Source: Klebsormidium nitens (taxonomy: Eukaryota > Plantae > Klebsormidiophyceae). From it: DNA of 64,000 bases. The translations under genes were made by a program, and so were the position numbers. This document shows positions 13,427 through 26,400 of this stretch, one piece after another. The stretch spans positions 338,982-402,981 of the forward strand of contig DF236960.1 of NCBI GenBank assembly GCA_000708835.1, read 5' to 3'. Below the pieces are notes generated by a model. That model ran no database searches. It was not told the origin of the DNA and worked only from the letters and a program-made list of their open reading frames with translations. The first letter of the stretch is position 1, and each line of letters begins with the position of its first letter.

Positions 13427-14741
13427 CTGAGTCACAGGAGAGATCAACCGAGGATCAACGGGAGATCAACAACCGGTGCAAGACTTCTGGAGAACGTGGA
13501 TAAAACAGGGGACATCATTCTCCTTGGCAAGGTGCACCACTCTCTCAGACGTTTTTTGTTCAGAAGGCATGGTGATTCTCCACTCAAGCGGGAATAACTC
13601 CTGGTGGCTGACTTTGAGTGCCAAAACACTGGATCTCTCACAATGATCTGGACAGGCAGACAAGCATGAAGATGTCTGCTGTGGATGCCATTGCTTCTCA
13701 GGTAAAGTGCATCATGAACTCTTCTGCCAGTAAGTAGTTGTCAAGGAGCTATCGGGGGCATTTGTCATGATAGTCTAGATGCGAATGTCTAGGATTATCT
13801 TTTCTCAGCTTGATGTGGAACAATGTTGCGTCTGAAATTCCAAATCTTCACTGTGCAGAATGGGGTGGAGATGGCCGCACATTCTGCCGTTCTAGCCGAA
13901 TCTCCCTACTTTTGGGCACGTTTTAGCAAAGACTGGCAGACCTCTCAATGGAACTTCAACAACAAGCTGAAATTACGCTTGCTTTTCGATGTGACCACGG
14001 AAGCACTGGAGATCCTGCTTGAATATTTGTACATTGGCAACAGTTGCTTTGCCCGAAGAGGCCCACTGGACAGCGCTCTTATACAGGCAAGCCTTGAATA
14101 TGTTGACTAATTTACCGCATATGCAGCTTTTTGTCAGGTTCAGATATGCTGCGGCCAGCAGAACTGCTTCTCAAGTGGCGATGGAAATTCTGCTTGTTGT
14201 GAAGTTGCTGACATGTATGGTCCTTGCAGTTCGTATATAAGATTGCAGGAACAGAACTCTATTGCTGTGTCTACGCCCCTTCTTATGCACACCAACATTG
14301 TGCATCTCATTGCAGGAGCTACTCTCTCTCGCTGAGGCGTGTGCCATTCCTGATCTGTGCAAATCACTAGTGAACCTAGCGAAAGTGGACGAGGGTAATG
14401 TGAAGTCGTGGTTGTCTTGGCTCGAGGGAGAGCGAACGGACGATGTCAAGTTGATTCTTGCACGATGTTCTGAGGTTCTTCAGAAACAATTCCATAGCTC
14501 ATCGCAATGGACCCTCCTAACCGCAGAAGAGCTTTCTCAGCTTCACAGAATTGGGCAGCGTCTGCTTAGTGCAACTCCTGAGTTGAGTCTCAACCTGAAA
14601 AAGAGCCATGTTGTCCTCAAACTTATCACGGAGTGGGACATTGATCAAAGGATAGGGAAGACAGGGATGTTTGACTTGGTCAACTTCGACAAGGTAGAGG
14701 GTTACAGGATGGACGGAAATACGTCCTTCTCCGATTTGAAG
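13427..14741 (+). CDS. BTB/POZ (plus BACK-like) domain protein, partial model
   Basis: Exons ~13427-13531, 13859-14086 (GC donor CAG/GCAAGC) and 14316-14741 give GDIILLGK-NGVEMAAHSAVLAESPYFWARF...DVTTEALEILLEYLY, the typical BTB pattern, followed by a helical region. Start codon and last exon not resolved. Confidence 0.8.
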
Positions 14742-15426
14742 GTTGGTCAAAGCTACTCATTCTTTTCTCAAGAAATTCGCAGCAACTCCCTTCTTGCCAA
14801 ATCAAAACGACTTTAGACTTCTTTGAAGGTTTTGTAGGCACTCCTAATGGCTCACAGTAGGGCTGTGAATCTGATCACACTCATTCACCTGGCGCACTCC
14901 ATACGTGAAGCTTGACAGCTCCTCTCTTGTCTCCTGTGAGCTGTCTCTAAAGTTTCTGCGGAAAAGGAGACGGCTATGATTTGTTGTCCTTGATCGCTGA
15001 CAATAGCTCTTAGAGACTTCGTCTGATGGTCTTTAAAGCGTTTCGATGTTGAAATTGACCCGTCAATGCTATCTTCTGTTGCAGACTCGGGTAGCAAACG
15101 AGCTTGGCGTCCCTCTGAAGTTGCAGCGATAACTGGCTATGGGTAAAGCGTGAAAATGGAACTATTCGTTTGGATCGGCCCTTGTCAAACGTAGAAGAAT
15201 CGTGGACCCTGCTGCGCTTAGCAACCACGCTCTGCCCTCATACAGAGCTTCGACTTTTTCTTGAAACTCCTGTTCTGGAGAAGGTGAGTCTTGCCTCTTT
15301 GACTCACGGAATATTCGCAACTCTGAAGCTCACGTAATTCAGCCACACCCGAAGACCCCAAAACGCGCCAAATGTTGGGTTTCGCTGTAGTATGTTATCA
15401 TCCGTAAAACTAGAGACTCTAAAACC

Positions 15427-16944
15427 TTACCTAGATCTGTACTCCTGAAACAAGTCCCTCTTTTGAAGCTTCAAAAAGCAATCTATTGGTCCGCTTCTGA
15501 AAGCTCTCTTTCGTTGGTTCCGCTTGCTTTGCTTTGCTTGTCTCAAGCTCGTATTAGCTAGTGTCTTCGTTTGTGGTACATGCAAATTGCCGGCACCAAA
15601 AAGACAGTGAGGAATTCTTGTGATTCTGCCTTTGCTTGAGGTCATAGTAAGTCACACCAAGGGCTGAATCTTGTGTAATATATTGCAGGATGTCCAAAAA
15701 ATAGCTCTCTACGAACGGACAACAGATGACATTCTTCTCTTCTTCAAATTGTTTGATCTCGAGAACGAAACATTGGAGTAAGTCCTTAATTCTTTGCCCG
15801 TATCTGCTTGTCCGCTTGTACTTTATCTCCTTCGACGCGTTGAGGTTCCTAGCTTCCCGTCCCACTCCTTTATTGAGCTTCGCCTCTAGGCCTTTGCGAT
15901 TTGAGAACCTTCACAACTATGTTTGCAAGCAAACTTAAGTACTAGGTGTAATGTGGAGTTAGGGCGTCGGTTTTACTGAACACCGTTTCTCCCGCCTGGA
16001 CGGACATGCAGCAAAGACCAATAGGATCGCCCGTCCCTTGGCCCTTCATTTTATCGTCGATCTCTGCCGCACACTCTTCCTTGTTTGTCTCAATTCGCAT
16101 GCGCTTCGGCAACACTGAAGGCAACGGTAGATCTCGATGGCAAAGTCTAGCTCGTTGAAAATGTGTTTTGGATGGCGGAAAGAAACAGCAGATGCGCTTA
16201 TCATTATAGTCTCTGATTGTTTGCCCTAGTACTTCACCACGTTGCACGGCATTTGCATCATCTTTGTCGACCTCGGCCGTTTCCAAACGAATTTGAGCAA
16301 GTGGGTTAAGTTTACTCAAAGGAACTCGAAATGGCCGCAAACTCCGTATGTTTATCTGGCAAGTACGTGGGGAGCATGTACGCAAACGTACCGGCACGGT
16401 TGCCAGTTATTCCCAACCAATACTCAAGTTGGCGGGAACTCAACCAATTTACGACTACAAGCTCTTTGAGGAAGTTAGAATGATGCCCGAGATCATGTGT
16501 GAAGAGCTTCATCAGGGCACCACCTTCGAGGACCTCCAGGTGAGTTGCGGTTCCAACCTTCACGTATTCCCTTACTTTCTTTTCTGCAAAGGCTTTAGGG
16601 TGTCCATCTTTATCTTCATTTACAGACCAATCTAACAACAGGCAGACGCGTGCACTCTACCTCTGAATGGAAAAAGGGTGATTCTAACGGCAAGTCTCGA
16701 ACGGTGCTTGCAGCTTGAAGACGGAGACTTTGTTTGTATCCAAAAGTGGGTGAAACAGTCCGACAAAGTGCAAAATTTCAACCTTCTGGCTTTCTTTGAG
16801 GCCGTCAAAACCAAGATTTTTCAAAAGGCCTTTTGATAGAGCCCATCGACGGCTTACCTGTTTGGACGTATCGTATTGATCACGCGAGTAGACTTCGTCG
16901 TCCTTAGAGAAGGCTAATGCTGGACGGTCATAGTCATGAAGCAC
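15427..16944 (-). CDS. Hypothetical or degraded multi-exon coding sequence
   Basis: Several co-oriented ORF segments (16944-16859, 16631-16392, ~16290-15942, 15865-15554), some with GT/AG borders. I could not assemble them in phase. Codon usage is less GC3-rich than in neighbouring genes. Confidence 0.35.
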
Positions 16945-18149
16945 ACAAGGAGATAGGAAACAAAATTGTGATTAGTCCTCCATGCTTAGTGATGTTTTCA
17001 GGACAAGTTCATCGGTGATAAAGTCTATGGTAAGTCTACGATCGAACGACGGTTACCATGTGTTGTGCACCCTGTAACTGATCATGACCGACGTCGGATC
17101 CAACATTCTAATCAAGATCGGACCCCCCTTACACCAGCCCGCCCACCACGTTGTCCAACATTCCAGAATTTGGTAGTACTAAATAATGATCAAAGTGCAT
17201 GAAGCAGGCCCGGCGGCCGTAGATGAATGTTCCTTCCGAAAGCTGTGAACTTTAACTAGTAACATTCATACATGTTGAAGAAGTCGGTCATGCATGCACA
17301 GTGACACCACGACATCGAATCGGACGTCCTAATTGCACATACTAAAGCAGCATACGGCACGCGTACGTCGGATACAACAATAAACTTCCGAAAGCAATGA
17401 TATGCATCGTACTCGGGCGGTGCATTGTTTATGTATTCGATCAATTCATGGATCCATGGACACTATCAGTTAGTAAGCCTATACGATTGAACCTCACCGT
17501 ACGGTCGCGTACGGTATGCTTACAAATTGATCGACACTGACATGGCTGGGCATAGAGCTCATAGCTACTATAGGGTACATGCCGAGCTTGTAGGATCTAT
17601 ATTGCATTGTCGGTCCGCCGTCACGATCTAATATTTACCGTAGGCAACTTATTTGCTGCACCTATGTGGTAGAGTCATGGTATACGTTCCGTACGTCCAG
17701 ATTCAACATCATTTCAAAAAAGAAGTTGCCTTCGGTAAATCACTTACTGACGTGCAACGCAAAAGGTCTTATATGATCGCAAGCATGATACTTTACGTAT
17801 CGATCTTTAAATCGTCCCACGGGAAGAAGCAACCGTTTGTACATCATGGCCGGGCCGGCCGACCGATTGCGGCTGGCAAGCAACCTTCCAGATAAGTACA
17901 GAGGCGTCCAGCAAGCTCCATTTTCAATCAGTGCAAGAGGCTTCCCGCCATTGGGTCACCGACCGGATGCCAAAGTGCAAAAACATTGGTACTATGGTGA
18001 ATCAATGCAACTTTTCTGGATGTTCACAAACTTAATATAGTTTCATCACCGGGCCTGATAGTATTACCAGATTACCATGTGGAGATAAGTTCCATATGCA
18101 ATCATTCGTCTTATTTGTGCTAACCTTGTTGTGTCAGCACATGTCTCTC

Positions 18150-19070
18150 CACCTAGCTAGTTCGCCCTCAGTCCGCTCCTTTCAATCATTGAAATGCGGA
18201 CGGCAAAACGCGGAAACACTGCGACGCCATAGAAGCTATCGGCAACTACATGCTTAGCCTAGCACCGTGCAGTGCAAGTCGCTTAGACCCTTAGCCGCCA
18301 GTATAAGCACACATATCAACTCTTATTCTAACTAGATTGACAACCCATGCACCTGACCCCGCACTCGCGCCTACTCCCCTTCTAACACATAATCCGACTA
18401 GCATACACATAGTAGGGCGTTTTCTTCAAGGAAGTGGACCGTGCAACCGTGGAGTCGAAAGCAAGGCCGAGGTTTCTCGTGGGTGCTGCTCGTATAAATA
18501 CGAACTCTTTGGCAGCACGTCAAATCATCAGCCACATGCGCCTCTCCCTGTCGTTGGAGCCCCTCTTCTTGGCTCAATGGCCGTTGCTGCTCCCTGCAAA
18601 AGTCGGAGAGTCCTTCATACTTCAAGTTCGTTCAAAAAGAAGTATTAAGCGGGAGTTTAGCAATAAGTTGGCAAGTAGGAGAAAGAGTACTTTGTCCAGA
18701 CTCCGATGTCAGCTGTTTAAAACGTGGAAAACAGCGAGCGAGTGAATACTGCACTTTGGCACAGAAGGGAGAGATCGGATCACACACGTGTAGATGTTTC
18801 AAGACCTTCAACTCTCGCTTGACCGCTCGAGTGATAAACACTGCGGCCTTTCCAATTTCGGAAAAGGTTTGCGTCTGCAGGGGTTTGACCGTATATATAT
18901 ACGGTGACGTGCACGAGGGTGCGCTCAAGGCAGTCGCCTTGAGAGAAAAGTTGACCAAACTTTCTAGAATGTGACTCAGTGATGCGCCCGGCGCGGCCGC
19001 GCCGCGGTCCTCTTCCGAAATAGTGCTTCGAGAGATGCCAGCGTGTGCTGTACCACATCCTTCATTCAGA
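18150..19070 (-). pseudogene. Degenerate tandem copy of the 3' end of the PKD2-like gene (penultimate exon remnant, last exon, 3' UTR)
   Basis: Colinear similarity to ~20050-20990 at an offset of about 1.9 kb: gccctcagtccgct...aaatgcggac at 18164 and 20064; the 18470-18600 block matches 20350-20480; 18985-19050 matches 20915-20975. Confidence 0.8.
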
Positions 19071-20449
19071 CATTCCCGAAACGAGACACTGCCAGGCTGA
19101 TGTTGGCGCGTGCTCTTTGAGACCCTCACTCTAGTTGATAAATCAGAGACAAAGACATTGTCAGGATTCTAGACCATACCTGGGGCTCCGCGACTGTGCT
19201 TTAGGAGATGCCGGCGTGTGCTCTTATCCATGCATACTTCAATTGGATGTTACACGGAAACGATATGCTAATACCGGCGGTGTGAATTCTGTTAGGCCAT
19301 TACTGGTAACGATCCAAAGCCTATGAAGGGACTATTAGGTTTCTCTGCTTTACCTGGAGCCCGGCCGCGTCGCGGGCCTCCTCCAAAATGGTAGTTTGAA
19401 AATGCCGGCGTGTGCTCTGTTTCATCCTTCATTCAAATGTTTCAGAAAATAAGTGTCCGACTTGCTTTGGCATTGGGCCGGTACGGTATACCAAATATAA
19501 CCGTCCAAACGGAGTTAAAAAGTAGTTGAGCTTGCATGACATTGCAATTGTTTGGAAAAGAGGGTTATAGGATCGACAGTCAAGAGAGCAGATCCGCTTG
19601 AATTTGCATCCATATGGCTTACGTAAAGGGTTTGCAACGGACGCGGCAAATTGACATAAGATCATTAACTATTTAGCTAGACAAGAATAGGTAAGCGGCA
19701 TAGCAATTTTGGTCAACAAAGACACTCAACCTGGTAACCGGGCCGTCATTACGAAACGATATTCTACCAATGCGTTATTCAGAGGAAGAATAAACGGTGT
19801 CATAAGTTGCCAATCCAACTGGGACGAACTCAGAAGTAGGACTCGAAAGTCACAAGGTATTGAAACAAACGGCCGGTATAACGCGTCATTCTTGTAAGAG
19901 ACCTCACCGTGTGGATCACGCAACTCATTTCAATCATGAACTCGGAATGCTTTACAAAACCGTCTTATCACCCACAATCATGCTTGTGGAACATCGTATG
20001 CCATTATCAGTTTATTTTTGAGCTAGTCGATTGTGGGCCAGCATATATTTTTCCACCTATTCGGCCCTCAGTCCGCTTCCTTCGTCCAAATGCGGACGCC
20101 TAAAAGTTGACATCCGCTTGAAGTAGGATGTTATGGAAGCTTTGGCGGCTGCAGGCCTAGCCTAAAATTGTGCAGGTCTCATAGACCCCGAGCAATACCC
20201 TCACACCGTTCAACTCTGATCGTGACTACGACACAACTACGACACACTCGCCCCGGCACGCGCGCCCCTACTCCATATGTAACCACACAATCTGCCAACA
20301 GACTTATAGATAGTAGGCCGGGCGTTTTCTTTTTGGTAGGGACGACCTCGGAGGCGTGGGTGATGCTCGCATAAATAGGGGCTCTGTGCCAGCACGTCGA
20401 ACCATAACCCACGTGTGCCTCTCCCATTTATTGGAGCCCGTCTCGTGAC

Positions 20450-23400
20450 CTAATGGCCGTTACTGCTTGCTGCAAAAGATTCATGGAGGATTCGGTGAGA
20501 AAAACAATCCTTGAAGTCCTTTCAAGGAGAAGCTATCGCCAATGTAGCAACCAGAGCAGGATAACTGTCCAAACTTCGCGGAGAGGTTAAAAAATGCAGG
20601 ATTAACCGAAGACTTTTATTTCCGTATCTGCACAGGGATTCTGGTTCGGCACCGCTATCTTCCTTTGCCGCTCCAAAAGGTGCCGACGAATGCGCGCTGT
20701 TAGATCCTTGCCGCATCTTTCCCCAAGACGTGAAGATAAAAGATTTTGAATTCTATGCTATACCTGGTGCGCTTTCCCCCAATGACGCGGCAGAGGAGCC
20801 GCACGGTGATCTGGTAGATCCTCAGTGCAGCGTTTTAGAGGAGGAAGCAACATAAAAGACCCTAAAACCCTAAAAAGATAATATGGAGTGTCGGCTTTCT
20901 TCACTTTACCTGGAGCGGGCCCGTCGCGGCCCTCCTCCGGGATAGTGCTCCGGGAGATGCCCGCGTGCGCCATGTCCTCCAGGACGTCGTCGAAGCGATT
21001 GTGGAGCGCAGCGTTGAGCTCCGCAATCATCTCGCGCAGCGACTTCACCTCCGACTGCAAAAAGACGTGGGCGACCCAGATTAAAACTTGGCACCCGTGT
21101 GTGCGTAGAGAGGCTTTCCGTTTTGCGTTTAGGATTGCACATCTCTGCCGATCATTGAGAACTTTAGGAGCGCGACATTCAGCTTGGTATCATCTCGCGC
21201 AGCGTCTTGACCTCCGACTGAAAAGGTTAGAGCATAAGGGGCCACCCATGACAGTTCGGAGAGCTAACCACTGATGGCGTTTATCCCTGCGGGAACAGCT
21301 GGTAACGTCTCGCCAAAAGAATCGCTTCCAGTCCGCATTCGAGCGGTGACAAAGAACGTCACGCGGCTCTTAGTTTGCTTCGCAATGCCATTTGGCCCCC
21401 CTCCAAAAACAGGAAGTGTGCTCGAGTCCACCACGCATGGACTGTCAATGGAGGCCGCCCTTTGCATGTGGGTTTCTGCAATACACCTCTCCAACATACA
21501 AACGGCTTGTTGAAGTCAAAACGTTGGTAGGAACAACCTGATCCTGTGCAAAAGCCCACCTTGAGTTGCTTCATATCCTGCTTCATATTGGGAAACTGGA
21601 CCTCCTTCTTCTTCTTGCGCCGCTTCTTGATCACCTCCTCCCCAAACTCGGCCAGGATCTGGTCGGCGACCTTGCCGATCTCGGGCGTCACCTCCTGGTG
21701 CGCCTGTAAGACGAGGACACGTGGCTTGAAATGACGTCATTTGAGGGATTTTCCTTTATTGAATACAGAGCTGCAAATGCGACCTTTGCATGTTAAGCGT
21801 GAGTACCCCTTGCGCCTGCAGGATACGGAATGTGACCCAAGTGACGTTGGATAAAGTACGAGTTGGAAATCCGAAGTCTTGTCGGCAGAGTTCTCAATCG
21901 CGATTGACCTGTCCACACCTCGTGAGCCTGCAAAAGTAGGCACGTGGCATCCTCTGACAATAGACCGCAACAGACCATGGTAACGATTGCCTCAGCAGGG
22001 ACGATAGCGGGGGGAGAGCCTAAAAAGGGATCTACGGTTGGGACGAGTTGCGACTTTCTTGTCCGGAACCCTATCGAGAGTTGTTTCGACTAGCATGGCA
22101 AACTTCGCTGGCAGTCGGTTGAAGGTTTTTAGGGAATCGGAGGTTTTAGGATTTTGGGTGTCAGGTTGGTGGTACCCTAAAACCCTAAAAAGTGGTCAAA
22201 ATCGGAGCAGGCCTACCGGACACATGGTTGTCACTTGACCCGTCTTAACCGGTTGCTTACCCTGGGCGCTTGTACACGTGGCACAGCCAAAGACCAGGAC
22301 GAAACCGCTGTCGTAGCAGGTGTAGGAATTTAAACCGGGTTCCTAACCCAGTTGGTTGGGGCGTCGCCAACCTTTGAAGCCTGTGAGCCAGTCGTGTGTA
22401 CCCGTCCAGTGGTAGCCAGAGCGGGTACCGGAGAAGGCTGTTGATCTCTTCCGAATCTCAGAAGAGACCACTTTTCTCCAACACTTAACCAAACAAAGTA
22501 GGGGGCTTTCAGACAGAGCCTCGCCGTAGGATTCATGTGGTTACCTGGAAGGTGGAGCGGCGTCCGAAGACGGTCTCGAGCTTCTCCTTGTCGATTTCGT
22601 CCGCATCTAGTTTGAGGACCCACTTCTTCTCCACGATTTCCAATCCGTCGGACGCGGTGCGCTGGAGCGGCTGCAAAAGAGAAAAGAGGTTTGGCTCTCA
22701 ACCGGTCGTGTAGTTACCAAGTTCGAAGCAAGGTAGAACTTCCCCACTCTAGAATGCTCCAGGGTCAAGTCCAATCTTGTTAAAGGTTTAACCTGGTTCA
22801 GTGGAAACTTGGGGGAATACCGTCAATAGTATGAATGCTAGGAGCGGCTGTGAAATCCGGAATGGCTCGCTCTGATGTGAGAAGTCAAGGAAAGTTAGAG
22901 GCGCCGAATACCGCCAAACCCGGGCACAAAGATAAAGCAAGAGACAACTGACGAAAAGAAAAGTCGGATCCAATGGGCGGGGAAGAACACCTTAGACGTA
23001 CAGATGATAAGCGGTGTTTCTCGCCGTCGAGTGAATGAACGCAATCGACGGCAGCATCGACCTTAGCACTTTCAGGCCATACTCAGGCCATACTCAGGAA
23101 CAGGAGGAGAAAAGTGCACACCATCAAAGCCAGACCTATACAAACGAACCAGTCATGTCTTGGCCAACCAAAGAGAATCTCCAAAGAGAATTCATGCACA
23201 GTGACTGGCAGCACTTTGGGTGACTTGACAGCTGGATGACTTGAACATGCGATATGGAGACGGGTGGGGTCAGCGTGGTGGTTAGCATGATTTAACGTTG
23301 AGAGGCGGAGCATTACACAGGGGTCACGTCACCCAAGAATTTTCCAGTATAATGGCAGCACTGACCTGGATCTCCTCGTCGTCAAACTCGACTTTCTTGT

Positions 23401-26400
23401 CGGGGGTCCACGACAGCAGCTTGCTCATCAGCTTCTTGTCGGAGTAGCGCTTCTTGGAGACTCGCTCGACCTTCTCCTTACCGATCTCGACCAAATCCTC
23501 AAACAGGCCGTTAGCGTTGTCCGGGGTGCGTTCCTGCCAAACCAGGAGTCGGTACCTTAGCAGCGGTCATGACTTTGCCCACTTGTTCCAGAGTTTCGTC
23601 GTTTTGCTGCCGCCTTTATCAAAATCCTTTCAAGATGACATCATCCTTTTCAGTCCGCAACAAATGGAGAACGCTGTTCGGAGTTTCTTCTCTACGTACA
23701 CTTGGCAGCGCGTGAGGTTGGTTCCCAATCTACATAAACGGTTTGAGATTTTTTTGCTGGAAACTTTTTTCAGTTCCATCTGGACGTTGATCTACTTGGA
23801 TAGTCGGGAACGTTGTTCGGGGTTGCGTTCCTGCCAGAGTTCACGTTGACGACATCCGTTGCATCGAAAGCTTCGAGAAATCAGCCGAGCGGAAATGCAC
23901 AAAGAATATCAGAAGTCAACTGACTCAAGATACAACTAGTTGCGTTAAAATTTCACATCTGGGTAAAGAGGGTCTCGGCCAGAGTGAGAGGATGGCAGGT
24001 TTCACCAAACAACTTCCTGACTCCCTAAAAGCTTAGATAGCATTAGCATTTTGATTTTTAGAAAGGTCCTCACCTTGATTTCGGCAAAAGCGTCGACTGC
24101 AATCGCCACCAAGAAGTTCATAATGATGAACACCATCCCGATTTGGAAGCTGTAGAAGAAGAGCTGACTCGCGGCGAGCTCCCACCCGTTTAGCTGCATC
24201 ATGTTGTACTCATTCTGCACGACGAGCGAAACAAGTCAGTTTTCGATTACACTTGGCAGGGTCGAGAATGACGCAAGTCCCCGAGCAGTTTGCCACGTGG
24301 CACTGCAGTGCTTGCGACGCGTGGCGGCTTTCGACCTGACTGCTCTTAATTCGGAGATAAAGCTTGCCATTGGAATCAAATCTGAACCGCTTGATTGCGG
24401 AGTATGTTCATCGAAGAGCAAACCGGCCAGCAATCCAAATCTTGTATCACCGGAGTGTTCATGCCAACCCTGACTTTCTCCAAAAGTGGGACCGGTTTCA
24501 TGCTTCCAAACGATGACCTCAGCACCAGCTTAAATTCTTGTGGAACCGACATTACCCCCCGTGGCTGGCAAGGAGCACAGTGACAGACCCTTTTATGTTT
24601 TAAAGCTCGACCGCTCGGACAAAGTCTGGTTCGACCACAGCAAGCAGGAGTGCTAAGTCACACACCTGACGGCTAGAAGCGTCCCAAAACGAAAGACCCA
24701 CATCTGATGGCTAGGCGCGTTCCAAAACTTGAGTCCACGTCTGATGGGGCGTCCCAAACCCCGACTTGCAAAGCTGGCGGCTAGGGGCGTCCCTGAACCT
24801 TAGTCACACATCTGCCGCCTAGGGGCATCCTTGCAGCACCAGCCCTTCATTGAAAATCGCTTACGGCTAGCCGCATATATGTAATCTTGGAGCGGCACTC
24901 ACCTCGGTGTCTCCCAGGATCATGAGGAAGCAAGCTGTCATGGACCACTGCAAGGTGCGGAACTGTAGAAAGACGAGCGTTCATGTTAGACAGTACGGAA
25001 ACTTCGACTATCCAAATCGCGTGTTGCGTTGCGTACACAAAAGCGCGGCCTGTGTTCAATAGAGGGGCAGTATAAAGGTAACTTAGTACGTAAAGTGCTC
25101 AGCAAGAGCGTGTGGGACTCGCAATTGGAAAACATACAGACAAACCGCACCGCCCAGCAGAAAACCTCAAAGCGAAAAGCTCCCTCGCTCTGGGCGAACG
25201 CGCAAGATGTTTCAATAATGTTTCACAAAACATTAGAAAGAGCTGAAGCTGCGGCGTGGAAAGCCAGGCGAAAAGCTCAGGTTTTGGTAGCCTGACGAGA
25301 AGTTCGTTTCATTTCGGTGAGCTCATCCTTCGTCGTCGATGCTGCGCCAAAATGTCATGTGGCCCATAAAGGCGTAATCCAGAACCTAACTTTCAATTAG
25401 GACACATTGAATATAAGAACCACATTTTCCTCGCATACCCTGATCCGTGCTCCCCCAAGCTGAAGGTTAGGAAGTCATTCGGGATAGCTTGACAAGACTC
25501 ACGTCCTCAATGCTCCGCCCAAAGATCATGTGGCCCATAAAGGCGTAGCCCAGGAAGAAGATGAACCAGAGCACGAAGAAGTTGAGGAGCTCGGGGCCGG
25601 CTAACGTCAGACTGCGCGTGATGACGCCCATCTTGGGCTGGAAGTCGAACAGCTTCAAAACGCGCACGATGACCAGGAAGATACTGCAGGAGAAGAAGGC
25701 GTGAGCTTATTACTTGAAATGAGCGGTTGCACTTGCATCGGTGTAAAACTGGCACGAGCTCAGTTCTCGTTTCTCTTCATTCTTTAGGGCTTTGATAGAG
25801 CGCAGGAAGATCGACATTGGACCATGTACGCTGGAATGCAAACAGCTTGAAGACGCGCGCGACCCCGCAAAAGACGCTGTTCCACAAAATAGGGAGACAA
25901 AATCTAGGAGGCAACTGGGGAAAACTTGTTGGCTTTCTAACGGTGAAGTCAAGAGGCATTTCTTGACTTTCAGGTTCTAAGGATCTTTGAAAAAGTGCTC
26001 GGCGCACCCTGGTGACGCCCATCTTGGGCTGGCAGAAAAGTGGTTGAAAAGACGTGCACGATCACGGAGGAATTTTTGGAGGTTAATCTATGGAAGGTCC
26101 TGAAAAACGGGACCGCTTTCCAGGATTACAAGGTGACGCCTCCACCTCCACCACAAAGAAGCTGCTGTCAAAACGCGGAAAACAAGCACGAGACACTAAT
26201 CAATGCAGGGAGCATCATGTTTCCCAAGTCTCTGGACTTTGAAGCTTGAAGTTGCCAGTTTGCCGGTTGTACTCACAGGGGTGACACCAAACTCTTAACG
26301 TGGTACAGCCCAAATAACGATCCAATAAACGGACTCAAGTCTGGCTACCCGGGCCACCACCCTTCCTCTACAAATGGGACTTCATGCATTTGAGGCACTC

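Noticed and set aside
24240-24480. Possible very old echo of the S6 exon (also weak candidates near 38570-38620 and 39000-39050)
   Set aside because: Similarity is too weak to distinguish from chance by eye.
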